Notes under the pieces: model-generated
Told to the model about the DNA's origin: nothing
Database searches by the model: none
What the model saw: only the letters and a program-made list of their open reading frames with translations
In this document: one piece after another, positions 16,690-24,997 of the stretch
Position numbering within the stretch: the first letter of the stretch is position 1
How the letters are laid out: every line of letters starts with the position of its first letter
IMG/VR virus record: IMGVR_UViG_3300021964_000224
Location: 1-35,386 of that record
Origin: a virus
Lineage: Duplodnaviria; Caudoviricetes
Reading direction: 5' to 3' (one strand)
Length of the DNA stretch: 35,386 nt
Made by a program: the position numbers and the translations under genes

Positions 16690-16732
16690 GAAAGCACGAA
16701 CCCGCCCCGTCGGGTGTGACAGGGCGGGTTCG
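16690..16732 (-). terminator. Intrinsic terminator between convergent genes (closes cassette 3)
   Basis: Stem cgaacccgccc / gggcgggttcg, followed on the minus strand by tgctttct. Confidence 0.7.
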
Positions 16733-16757
16733 CGTCAAGCGCGCTGTGGGGAGAGAA

Positions 16758-17996
16758 TCAGCAGGAGACCTGCGCGCGCTCGATGATCTCGGCGTTCGTG
16801 GGACGCTTGAAGAAACCGAACAGGCGATCGTCGCCGCTCGGTTCGATCGTCGCGGTGAACCGGACACGATCACCGACGTTCGTTCCTTCCTCGGTCGTCC
16901 GGTAGTCGATGTAGCCGTCGTCCTCTTCGACTTCTTCCCACTTGCCACTCAACGCCTTCGGGACGGTGCCCCACACCGCCCAACCTTCGGCGGTCTCGAC
17001 TCGCATCTTCCAAGTGCGCCCGTACTCGTTCACGATCTCGCGCATCGTGATGACGCGACCCTCGACGACGACCTTGCCGACCGGCACCGACTCGGCGTTC
17101 GCGCGTGCCGCTTCCTCCGCCGCACGCTCCTCCGCCTTGCGTGCCATCTCCTCACGCCAGCCGACCGCACCAGCGGGCGCATACGCGGCGAGACCGAACG
17201 CCTTGCGGCCGATGTTGACGCTGTCGGCGATCCGACGGAGGTTCGCACCGAACTCGCCGTCCTGTGACCGCATGTAGTCGAGCACCTGCTCGACGGTGAC
17301 CGCGGCGCGAGGAGCGGACTCCAATGCGCGACGCTCGTCAGCCCAGTCCTTGTGATTGTAGAAGTCGCCGCGCAGCATCGCCTCGACGATCCGCTTCGTC
17401 GGTGTACCGAACTCCGAGGTGGCCTTGTGGTAACCGAGCCGGTTCGCCTCGATCGCGGCGGCGATCACGATGCCGGTCGGGAACTCGATCGCCGCGTTGC
17501 TGCGCTCGCCCTCGTCGATGTCACCCTCGACCGCGTCGAACAGGATCGTCGTCCACCACGGGTTGTGACCGAGGAAGTCCTGCGCGCATGACCCGCCGAC
17601 CTGCATTTCGTCACCGGCGTCGTTGCGGACGAACAGCACCTTCTTGCGTGTGGCGCGGCGACCGCAATGGTCGCACCGCTTCATGTCGACGTCGGTCGGT
17701 GCGTCGATGTCGTCGGCGAGCGTGAAGATCATCGGCTCGTCGGTTGCTGTGCCGTCGGCGACCGCGGTCAGCACCCAGCCGCCGGTGAACCGGACGAGAT
17801 CGCTGAACGACACGGTGACGGTGTAGGTGTGGTCGGTCTCGCCGGTGACCTCGTTGATGAACTCGGTCACCTCGGTGGTGGCGGTCAGGTCGGTGGCGAT
17901 GCCTTTCTTCGCGGCGCGGGTCGCGAGGCGGCGAACCTTGCTCTCGATGATCGCGGCGTCGACCGCGGTGTTGCAAGTACGAGTGATCGTGTTCAT
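16758..17996 (-). CDS. Hypothetical protein (412 aa) with CxxC...C motif and probable C-terminal OB-like fold (cassette 3)
   Basis: GGAGG SD before MNTITRT. CDHCGRR..RK.......QVGGSC..DFLG, and C-terminal VEGRVI...GDRVRFTATI...FGFFKRP. Confidence 0.8.
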   Translation of the reverse strand: MNTITRTCNTAVDAAIIESKVRRLATRAAKKGIATDLTATTEVTEFINEVTGETDHTYTVTVSFSDLVRFTGGWVLTAVADGTATDEPMIFTLADDIDAPTDVDMKRCDHCGRRATRKKVLFVRNDAGDEMQVGGSCAQDFLGHNPWWTTILFDAVEGDIDEGERSNAAIEFPTGIVIAAAIEANRLGYHKATSEFGTPTKRIVEAMLRGDFYNHKDWADERRALESAPRAAVTVEQVLDYMRSQDGEFGANLRRIADSVNIGRKAFGLAAYAPAGAVGWREEMARKAEERAAEEAARANAESVPVGKVVVEGRVITMREIVNEYGRTWKMRVETAEGWAVWGTVPKALSGKWEEVEEDDGYIDYRTTEEGTNVGDRVRFTATIEPSGDDRLFGFFKRPTNAEIIERAQVSC

Positions 17997-18286
17997 CGTG
18001 CGCCTCCGAACTGTGCGTAAGCGGCACCGGCGTCCTCGGCGCAACCGCCACCGTTGACCCATGACATCGTGAACTCGGCTCGCATCTCGGCCTCTTGAGT
18101 GGCGTTCCAATCGTCCATCATCGCTGCCTGCTCCTCGGGAGTAGCCCAGTCGAACTCGTCCTGCTCGGTCCAACCGTCTGAGCAGCGAGCGTCGAGGTGA
18201 GCGACTGCTTCGGCGAGTGTCGCCTTGCCGTTACGGTGAGCGACTCGCTTCATCGCGTCCTTGATCTGTGCTGCGGTGTAGTTCAT
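17993..18286 (-). CDS. Hypothetical protein (cassette 3, first gene)
   Basis: AAGGAG SD in the conserved leader, starting MNYTAAQ. In-frame GTG at 18319. Confidence 0.8.
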   Translation of the reverse strand: MNYTAAQIKDAMKRVAHRNGKATLAEAVAHLDARCSDGWTEQDEFDWATPEEQAAMMDDWNATQEAEMRAEFTMSWVNGGGCAEDAGAAYAQFGGAR

Positions 18287-18383
18287 CGTGGTCTCCTTCG
18301 TGTTGGTGTTCTCTCCCACGTCGTTAAGTATTACCGACAGAACAGCATCGCGCAACTCTAAGCGCCGCGACGGCCGTTAGCGC
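18284..18383 (-). promoter_or_regulatory. Conserved cassette promoter/leader element, copy 3
   Basis: Minus strand: gctaacggccgtcgcggcgcttagagTTGCGC-17bp-AATACTtaacgacGTGGGAGAGAACACCAACACGAAGGAGAccacgATG. Confidence 0.85.
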
Positions 18384-18414
18384 GCGGGCTGGTGGACGTC
18401 GGACGTCGCTCAAC

Positions 18415-18432
18415 CGGTAGCGTGCTACCGTT
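18415..18432 (+). promoter_or_regulatory. Putative rightward extended -10 promoter (CGTGCTACCGTT)
   Basis: TG-N-TACCGT. The identical 12-mer occurs at 23176. Here it sits in the dyad CGGTAGC-gt-GCTACCG. Confidence 0.5.
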
Positions 18433-18550
18433 GCCACCGTGGCTACGAAGCGTGAGGGCGGCGAACATGTCGCCCATTAGAACGAGTTGACGGCTGACCA
18501 CAAGTGACGCGCTAGGCCACAACCCACAGAGAACAGAGGAGACACCGGAC

Positions 18551-19708
18551 GTGCTGAAAGGCTACGGCTACGACATGAAAGACGACGACGGAGCGATCGA
18601 CCCGCTCGACGAACTCCTTGACGCCTACCAGTCGTTCCTGCGTGCGGGCATGGTCGACTTCGCTGACGAGGTCATGGGGTTCGTGCACGAGTTGCAGACG
18701 ATCATGGTCGGCGTCGAACGCGCCACATCCAAAGGACACGACATGGGGTACGCCAACCCGGTCGGCTGTCTCGCACAGGCATACCTCGGTCTCGTCATGT
18801 TCCCAGACTCACGCGACCTAGCGCGCCGGGTGCTCGCACTCATGGATCGTGCCGCGGACGCGATGCGACCCGACGAACAGCAACCGGCTGAACCCGAGGG
18901 AGAGAACGACGATGAAATGGCTGCGGGCTACGGCGACGGTGGCGGCGGCGGCAACGGTGGGTCTGGCAGCGGCCGTCGTCGTGTCCGCCGTGAGATACGG
19001 ATCGAGGCTGACCAGTTCTGCGTGTACAGCGAGACCGGTCGTTCGTTCGGTTGCTACGCCGACCGTGACGCAGCCGAGGCGCGCCTCGCACAGATAGAAC
19101 GATTCTCCGAGGCGACGCTATCGAAGGCGACGCTCGACATGCTCGTCGAGTTCCACGACGCATCCCACAAGGTCGACGTCGTCACCGCCGCCGTCAAAGA
19201 AGTCCACGACCTCATCAGCGACGAGATCGAAGTCGTGTACGAGATCGCCGAACCGTACGCGCTACCCAACACCGTCAAGCAGGCGATGCTGACCCGGCTC
19301 GACTCCGCGTTCGTATCGAAAGCAGCCGAGTACAAATACACGCTCGGTCCCGCTTATGTGCCGATGCGCGAAGACGCACACGGCGAGTTCACCGACACCG
19401 TCACGCTACAAGCCGCAATGTGGGACTGGGTACGCAAGGGCGACCGCACGATCTATCTCCAGCACTCCGATAAGGCAGCAGGCGAGATGGTCGAGATGAT
19501 GACGTTGCCGTTCCCGCTCGAAGCAGAGTTGACTGTGCCCGGTCAAGGCGTCACGAAGTACACGTTCCCGGCGGACACTCCGTTCCTCGGTGTCGTCTGG
19601 GAAGACTGGGCGTGGGAGATGGTGAAGGCCGGACAGTTGCGCGGCTACTCGATCGGCGGGTCGGCGAAGCGCGTCGAGGCCGATCTCCCGGTTGAGGCGA
19701 CGCTCTAA
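18551..19708 (+). CDS. XkdF-like prohead serine protease domain protein with N-terminal accessory domains
   Basis: C-terminal KYTLGPAYVP..EDAHGEF...LQH....GEMVE...W...WEMVKAGQLRGYSIGG. GAGGAG SD. Confidence 0.8.
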   Translation: MLKGYGYDMKDDDGAIDPLDELLDAYQSFLRAGMVDFADEVMGFVHELQTIMVGVERATSKGHDMGYANPVGCLAQAYLGLVMFPDSRDLARRVLALMDRAADAMRPDEQQPAEPEGENDDEMAAGYGDGGGGGNGGSGSGRRRVRREIRIEADQFCVYSETGRSFGCYADRDAAEARLAQIERFSEATLSKATLDMLVEFHDASHKVDVVTAAVKEVHDLISDEIEVVYEIAEPYALPNTVKQAMLTRLDSAFVSKAAEYKYTLGPAYVPMREDAHGEFTDTVTLQAAMWDWVRKGDRTIYLQHSDKAAGEMVEMMTLPFPLEAELTVPGQGVTKYTFPADTPFLGVVWEDWAWEMVKAGQLRGYSIGGSAKRVEADLPVEATL

Positions 19709-20172
19709 CCCAACTCGTGACGTAGCGCGTCAACGAACGCGCGTGCTTCCTGATAGCGACCCACGTCCATCAGTTCTTCGAGCGTCGCGAGATGTTCGCG
19801 TATCTGTGTGCGCGTGATCGTCTGCCTGTACTCGTCGACCTCACGGCCATCAACCCAGTTCGGCAGGACGTAGATGTGGCAGCGGTCGCGGCGCTCGACG
19901 AGCCGCACGATCGCACCGGCCTTGTGCAGCACCGACAGCGCACCGGATGCCTGCCCGTGATGCCACCGGTACCACGCCGCAAGGTCTTTCCATGTTGCGC
20001 CGTACACCGCTTGCCGGGCGAGATGGTCAATGACTTGCCGTTGACGTCGGGTCGTCGTGCCATCGCGGTCGTCGCGGCGTGCCCGCTCGGCGCTCGCCGC
20101 CGACCCGGAATGACCGGAAGTCCCTGCGTACGGCAGGACAGGCAAGTCGAACAGGTTCGGGTCGTCGTTCAT
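19705..20172 (-). CDS. Winged-HTH DNA-binding protein (cassette 4)
   Basis: PYAGTSG.SGS, RQRQVIDHL....GATWKDLA.....HGQASGALSVLHKAG.IVRL. ATGA overlap. Confidence 0.7.
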   Translation of the reverse strand: MNDDPNLFDLPVLPYAGTSGHSGSAASAERARRDDRDGTTTRRQRQVIDHLARQAVYGATWKDLAAWYRWHHGQASGALSVLHKAGAIVRLVERRDRCHIYVLPNWVDGREVDEYRQTITRTQIREHLATLEELMDVGRYQEARAFVDALRHELG

Positions 20173-20510
20173 ATCCGCTCGTATCTTTCTGTAGTCGGGT
20201 TCCATTGGAGTGGCACCGGGACGCTCGGCAGCGGCGGTGTGCGTTTGGTGCGCCGCGACGGCACCTGCTGTATCGCTGGTATGCCGACCGAGGTGACTCG
20301 GGTGCGGAGCACTCGCCGTTTCTTCGCGGTCATGCCGCCACGGATACCGAAGTCCTGATCTGCTGCCATCTTGAATGCTTCGACGAGACAGTCGAGCGCG
20401 ACCGGACACGAGTCGCATATCGCTTTGATGTCCGGCTTGATGCGTCCGTCGTCTGGGAAGAACATGTCGGTAGGTGCGCCGCGGCACGCCGCGCTGTCAG
20501 CCCAACTCAT
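20169..20510 (-). CDS. whiB: WhiB family transcription factor (second copy)
   Basis: WADSAACRG..TDMFFP...KAICDSCPVALDCL...FGIRGGMT..KRR, with AGGAG SD. Confidence 0.9.
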   Translation of the reverse strand: MSWADSAACRGAPTDMFFPDDGRIKPDIKAICDSCPVALDCLVEAFKMAADQDFGIRGGMTAKKRRVLRTRVTSVGIPAIQQVPSRRTKRTPPLPSVPVPLQWNPTTERYERI

Positions 20511-20616
20511 CTCGACTCCTATCGCCCATCCACGCGGCTATGGCGACCATGCCGCGAATGACAACCCACGCACCGGCGAAAGTTCCGACAGCCCACGCGA
20601 CGTCAACCCAACTCAT
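20497..20616 (-). CDS. Small membrane peptide (39 aa, cassette 4)
   Basis: MSWVDVAWAVGTFAGAWVVIRGMVAIAAWMG... AAGGA SD with ATGA overlap. It fills the gap between neighbours. Confidence 0.6.
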   Translation of the reverse strand: MSWVDVAWAVGTFAGAWVVIRGMVAIAAWMGDRSRDELG

Positions 20617-20918
20617 CGGGTCGGTTCCTTTCGGGTGCGGAGAATGTCCGCGATCTCGTCGACCTTGATGTCGCCCATCGCGACGAGCATCAGCAGTTTG
20701 TGGTACTCGCGTGCTTTGAGGCGATAGTCGGTCGCGTCGCGTTCGGCGTCACGCAGTCGCGCGTTCACGTCGGACAGTTGCCGTTGCAGCCGATCAGCGC
20801 GCTCATCAGGCGTCAGTTCCGGTGCCCGATAGGTTTCGCGATCGCGATGCTCGACGCAGTACCCAGAGATGGTGTACGACATCGCACCACAGAAGCAGCG
20901 TTCACGTTCATGCGACAT
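20613..20918 (-). CDS. Hypothetical protein, Cys/His N-terminus plus coiled coil (cassette 4)
   Basis: CFCG......GYCVEH, with GGAG SD. Confidence 0.7.
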   Translation of the reverse strand: MSHERERCFCGAMSYTISGYCVEHRDRETYRAPELTPDERADRLQRQLSDVNARLRDAERDATDYRLKAREYHKLLMLVAMGDIKVDEIADILRTRKEPTR

Positions 20919-20919
20919 G

Positions 20920-21228
20920 TCAGACTCCGAACACTTCGTCGTGGGCTTGATACAGATACTCCCACCCGGTTTGCACCATGAGTTCCTGCGCTCGCTCGTA
21001 GTCGAGTGCGTCCATCAGTTCGACCGCGCGCTCGTTGACGTATTCGCTGTCGAACCGCTGGTCATCGTCTGGCGTGTTGTCACGCACGAGTTCTTCGAAG
21101 TCGGACAGCGTGAACACGGTGCCGCACCACCCGTGCTGCTCCATGAGGACGCGGAGCAGGTCGAGCGATTCTTCGGCTGTCAGTCCGGCGACCGCGGTGA
21201 CGGCGGCGCTGTACTGTTCGGCGCTCAC
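20920..21228 (-). CDS. Hypothetical acidic protein (cassette 4)
   Basis: GAGGTGACGTCGTGAGC junction. Confidence 0.75.
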   Translation of the reverse strand: MSAEQYSAAVTAVAGLTAEESLDLLRVLMEQHGWCGTVFTLSDFEELVRDNTPDDDQRFDSEYVNERAVELMDALDYERAQELMVQTGWEYLYQAHDEVFGV

Positions 21229-21602
21229 GACGTCACCTCGTCGCTATTGCGGGCGTAGATGCTGTCGGCGGCGGCGTGCGCGTCGCGGTAGCAGTCGTCG
21301 CACACACGGTCACCGCGGATGCTGTCCGGATACTGTCCGTCGCCTTCCGGGACGATGACACCGCACGAATCACAGTTGAGCGAGTCGTCGCGCTCGACGC
21401 CTTGCCACTCGTCCGCGAGATCGGCGAGACGTGAGGCGAGGAGCCGCAGGTCGTCCGGGTCGGCAGCGTTGAGGTACAGGACATGTCCGATCGACCCGGT
21501 CAGTCGGATGGTGCGTGACCGGTCGGCGTGGTCGCAATGATGTCGAGCGTTCGCCGCGGCGCTCGCCGCGTGGAACGAGAATGCGCTGTGTGTTTCATTC
21601 AT
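21225..21602 (-). CDS. Hypothetical protein with C-terminal CxxC...CxxC (cassette 4)
   Basis: AGGAGG SD before MNETHS. CDSC...VCDDC. Confidence 0.7.
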   Translation of the reverse strand: MNETHSAFSFHAASAAANARHHCDHADRSRTIRLTGSIGHVLYLNAADPDDLRLLASRLADLADEWQGVERDDSLNCDSCGVIVPEGDGQYPDSIRGDRVCDDCYRDAHAAADSIYARNSDEVTS

Positions 21603-21613
21603 GGGTTCCCCTC

Positions 21614-21796
21614 CTATTGGGATGCTGGTAGTAGTTGATTGCAGGTCGGGTTGTCGCACAGGTCGATGCCTGTGACGGCGGTGCACGCGGCGGCGGCTGT
21701 GAGTAGCACACCGACGAGAACTACCGCGGCAACAGTTTGACGGATCAGGTAGCGCCAGCGCGGCAGGCGCGTCGGTCGCGGCAGGGTCGCGGTCAT
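21614..21796 (-). CDS. Small membrane protein (cassette 4)
   Basis: MTATLPR...TVAAVVLVGVLLTAAAAC hydrophobic helix, with the junction motif upstream. Confidence 0.65.
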   Translation of the reverse strand: MTATLPRPTRLPRWRYLIRQTVAAVVLVGVLLTAAAACTAVTGIDLCDNPTCNQLLPASQ

Positions 21797-22002
21797 CGCG
21801 TCACCTCTACTTTTTCGTATGCGCCGAGCCAGCAACCGCGGTTGCGACCTTCCACGTTTTTGATGTTGACACCGTGAACGGCTCCCCGCTTGAAGGTGAA
21901 CGACACATGTTTGACCGTCGCCCAATCGTCACCGGGGAACAACCGGTAGACCGTCCCGGCTGTGAGGTCGATCGCTTCGATGGTGGTTGCTGTGGTGCTC
22001 AT
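21793..22002 (-). CDS. Hypothetical protein (cassette 4)
   Basis: MSTTATTIE...EVTR, with junction motifs at both ends. Confidence 0.7.
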   Translation of the reverse strand: MSTTATTIEAIDLTAGTVYRLFPGDDWATVKHVSFTFKRGAVHGVNIKNVEGRNRGCWLGAYEKVEVTR

Positions 22003-22178
22003 CGCGTCACCTCTTTGATCGCGACGACCCGAGCGGTGTACCCATAGTCGGTCTCGTATTGCTGCTCGATCCGGGCGGCGTGTCCCCATGCGTGCTCGAC
22101 GTTGATCGTGTAGACGGTCTCGGTGTGGGTGCGGCGATCGCATCGCACCTTGACCGCGAACTCGCGCATCGCGCTCAT
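21999..22178 (-). CDS. Hypothetical protein (cassette 4)
   Basis: MSAMREF...EVTR, with junction motifs at both ends. Confidence 0.7.
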   Translation of the reverse strand: MSAMREFAVKVRCDRRTHTETVYTINVEHAWGHAARIEQQYETDYGYTARVVAIKEVTR

Positions 22179-22474
22179 CACTTCACCTCGCTGTTGTCGA
22201 TGAACATGCTGGTGTGTTCGCTGATAAGCAGTTTGCACATCTGCAATGTCGCCTCAGGTTCGATCATCCAATCGGTGACGTTGCCGTCGGGCAGCATCTC
22301 GCGGAAGTACCAATACACATATCCGTTTGACGGGTCGGGCATCCGCTCGATGATGATCTCAACCTTGACGTCGATGTCGAAGTTGGCTGGGACGTAACCG
22401 CGTGCGACGCGGTGGATGTTGGTGCCGTATGCACCGGGGGCGATGCGACGGAACTTGATCGTGTCGGTGCTCAT
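22178..22474 (-). CDS. Hypothetical protein (cassette 4)
   Basis: MSTDTIK...EVK, with junction motifs at both ends. Confidence 0.75.
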   Translation of the reverse strand: MSTDTIKFRRIAPGAYGTNIHRVARGYVPANFDIDVKVEIIIERMPDPSNGYVYWYFREMLPDGNVTDWMIEPEATLQMCKLLISEHTSMFIDNSEVK

Positions 22475-23049
22475 CACTTCACCTCCGTGAAGAACTCGGC
22501 GTCGGCGAGTGCCTGCTCGAACGTCGCTCGTTTATCACAGCAACGGTTCAGTCGACCGCTCGTGGTGACCCAGTAGCCCTCGAACAACGTGCGCCCGTTG
22601 ACGACTGTCTGCTCGACGTACGCTCCGGGTCGCAACTCGACCGCCTCGGCTGGCTTACGTTCGACCGGCTTACGTTCGACCGTCGCCGTCGCCAACTCCT
22701 CTGCTGAGATTCCTTCGAGTGCCAAGTCGCACTTCTTGACGATCGACTCGAACGAACGCTTCATGCCGAAGTAAGTCATGCGCTCGGCATTGTCCCAAGC
22801 GTCCTGTGCTTGATCGGCGCACGCCTCTGCTCGAAACTTCGCTTCGTCTCGTAGTGCGTTGATCGCCACCGGGTCGGTCAACGTGATCGTCGTGCCGCCC
22901 TTGACTCGACGACCGTTGCTGATCGCTTCGGCAACTGGAACGAGCGCACGGTAGTGTGGGTCGTTGCTGTCGCCGTACGAGTCGCTGAGTGCCGGTGACA
23001 TTTCGCATTCGCAGAGTTCGGTGATCTTCACCTTGAGTGTCGTGTTCAT
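22474..23049 (-). CDS. Hypothetical protein (cassette 4, first gene)
   Basis: AAGGAG SD in the conserved leader, MNTTLK...EVK. In-frame GTG at 23082. A 15-bp tandem duplication at 22652-22681 gives VERKP x2. Confidence 0.8.
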   Translation of the reverse strand: MNTTLKVKITELCECEMSPALSDSYGDSNDPHYRALVPVAEAISNGRRVKGGTTITLTDPVAINALRDEAKFRAEACADQAQDAWDNAERMTYFGMKRSFESIVKKCDLALEGISAEELATATVERKPVERKPAEAVELRPGAYVEQTVVNGRTLFEGYWVTTSGRLNRCCDKRATFEQALADAEFFTEVK

Positions 23050-23146
23050 TGTGGTCTCCTTCTGGTTGTTGTTCTCTCCCACGCAGTTAAGTATTACCGA
23101 TCAACACGCACTCGCGCAACTTTATGCGCGATGACGCGCGTTAGCG
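23047..23146 (-). promoter_or_regulatory. Conserved cassette promoter/leader element, copy 4
   Basis: Minus strand: gctaacgcgcgtcatcgcgcataaagTTGCGC-18bp-AATACTtaactgcGTGGGAGAGAACAACAACCAGAAGGAGAccacaATG. Confidence 0.85.
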
Positions 23147-23175
23147 TCTGCCAGTAGGACGTTGGCGGAGCAGAC

Positions 23176-23187
23176 CGTGCTACCGTT
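23176..23187 (+). promoter_or_regulatory. Putative rightward extended -10 promoter (CGTGCTACCGTT)
   Basis: Identical to 18421-18432 and again divergent from a cassette promoter. Confidence 0.5.
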
Positions 23188-23221
23188 ACTGCGACCGAAC
23201 AGCAGGCCGATGGGGGAACAG

Positions 23222-23500
23222 ATGGGGTTAGCCGACGCCATACACAACGAGTTCGACAAAGTCCAGCGGCGTATCTGCCACCTCGGACGCATCGTACGGA
23301 CGATGCCCGACGATGACCGTGACGCGCTCGCCGCCGCGGTCGACAAGGTGCGCGCCGAACGCATCAACGGCGGTGTACGCAACTCCAACTCGATGGTGAC
23401 CGCCGCCGCGATCCGTCGGGCGCTCGTCGCCGAGGGATACACCGTGTCGAAAGACACCGTAGAGAAACACGTCGCAGGAACATGCGGCTGTGAGCAGTAA
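23222..23500 (+). CDS. Hypothetical protein (C-terminal H..G.C.C)
   Basis: MGLADAIH...IRRALVAEGY.VS...VEKHVAGTCGCE. TAATG-coupled to the phosphoesterase. Confidence 0.7.
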   Translation: MGLADAIHNEFDKVQRRICHLGRIVRTMPDDDRDALAAAVDKVRAERINGGVRNSNSMVTAAAIRRALVAEGYTVSKDTVEKHVAGTCGCEQ

Positions 23501-24675
23501 TGGGACTCGCCGACAAAATCACCGACGAAGCCATCAAGTCTCCGACCGCGCGACGCGAGGCACTCGGACGCATCGCCGACCTGCTCGACCGTAACGGCAT
23601 CGACCTTGATGAGATCGGACGAGTGCAGCGTGTATCGCTGTACCAGTCGCTCACCAAGAACGACGACGGCGAAGCCGAGATACATGACCTCGCCGCTGTC
23701 CAGTTGTCACCGGCATGGGAAGATGGACCGAAGTGGGAACTGCCGAACCGCGGTCCCGCTATCCGTCTACCTGCCCGCAAAGCGAAACCGTCGAAGGCGA
23801 CCCGCTGGTCAACGGCGGCGGTGATCCCCGACATGCAGATCGGCTACTTCCGTCTGTCCGACGACACGCTCGAACCGACGCACGACGAGACCGCCATCGA
23901 GGTGGCGCTCGCGATCGTTCGTGACATCGACCCGGACGTCGTCGTCCTACACGGCGATAATCTCGACTTGCCGGAACTCGGCAAATACATTGTCACTCCC
24001 GCGTATGCGCGGACGACTCAGGCAAGCATCGACCGGGCGACGGTGCTGTGCGCTCAACTCCGCGACGCCGCGCCACGAGCACGCATCATCTGGCTCGCAG
24101 GCAATCACGAGGAGCGCCTGCCGCGGCACATCATTCAGAACGCGGTCGCGGCGTTCGGGTTGCGACGCGGAGCCGAGCCGGACGGGTTCCCTGTGCTGTC
24201 CGTGCCGTTCTTGTGCCGGATGGATGAGTTCGACGTCGAGTATGTGCCGGGCTATCCGGCGAGCGCATATTGGATCAACGATCGTCTGCGTATCGTTCAC
24301 GGCGACAAGGTCAACTCGTCCGGGTCAACAGCGTCGAAGTATCTGGCACGCGAGAAGGTGTCGGTACTGTATGGCCACATTCATCGCCGCGAGTGGGCGG
24401 AAATGACGCGCGAAGATCACGACGGTCCGCGCACCGTGCTCGCCGCGTCGGCGGGTTGTCTCGCACGCATCGACGGTGCTGTCCCGTCGGTGAAAGGCGG
24501 CACCGATCTCGACGGTCGTCCGCTTGTCCGCTACGAAGACTGGCAGCAAGGCATCGCGGTTGTCGATTACGAACCGGGCGACGGCGCGTTCCATCTAGAA
24601 CTCGTGCCGATCCGTGAGGGACACGCACGATGGAGAGGCACCGACTACGCTCCGGTCAATGACCGAGTGGATTGA
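23500..24675 (+). CDS. Calcineurin-like metallophosphoesterase
   Basis: VIPDMQIG, GDNLD, GNHEER, HGD and GHIHR motifs. Confidence 0.9.
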   Translation: MGLADKITDEAIKSPTARREALGRIADLLDRNGIDLDEIGRVQRVSLYQSLTKNDDGEAEIHDLAAVQLSPAWEDGPKWELPNRGPAIRLPARKAKPSKATRWSTAAVIPDMQIGYFRLSDDTLEPTHDETAIEVALAIVRDIDPDVVVLHGDNLDLPELGKYIVTPAYARTTQASIDRATVLCAQLRDAAPRARIIWLAGNHEERLPRHIIQNAVAAFGLRRGAEPDGFPVLSVPFLCRMDEFDVEYVPGYPASAYWINDRLRIVHGDKVNSSGSTASKYLAREKVSVLYGHIHRREWAEMTREDHDGPRTVLAASAGCLARIDGAVPSVKGGTDLDGRPLVRYEDWQQGIAVVDYEPGDGAFHLELVPIREGHARWRGTDYAPVNDRVD

Positions 24676-24997
24676 CCTTGAAGCCGCCGATCATGTCATC
24701 GGCTACGGCGTCCACGCGATGACGATCGTCAATGCGGAAGGAGCAGGTCCAGCCTGCTACCTCCAGTTGATTGACGCGAACGACGGCGAAGTGAAGTCGT
24801 ATCTGCTGAACCCTGATCTGGCGGGTCGGCTCGGTTGGGAGATGGTCGGTGTCATGGCAGGCTACGCCGAGGGTGCGTACGCGCTCGACACCACCCGCAT
24901 CGGCGACATCGACGACGACGACGATCTGGAATCGCTCGCCCGGTCACTCGGACTGTTCGACGACGACGAGTACGACGACCATGAGGACGACGAGTGA
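24659..24997 (+). CDS. Hypothetical acidic protein
   Basis: MTEWIDLE..., overlapping the upstream stop. The start is uncertain. Confidence 0.65.
   Translation: MTEWIDLEAADHVIGYGVHAMTIVNAEGAGPACYLQLIDANDGEVKSYLLNPDLAGRLGWEMVGVMAGYAEGAYALDTTRIGDIDDDDDLESLARSLGLFDDDEYDDHEDDE

Noticed and set aside
22652-22681. 15-bp tandem duplication (VERKP x2)
   Set aside because: This is a simple in-frame slippage duplication in a linker with no sign of wider significance.
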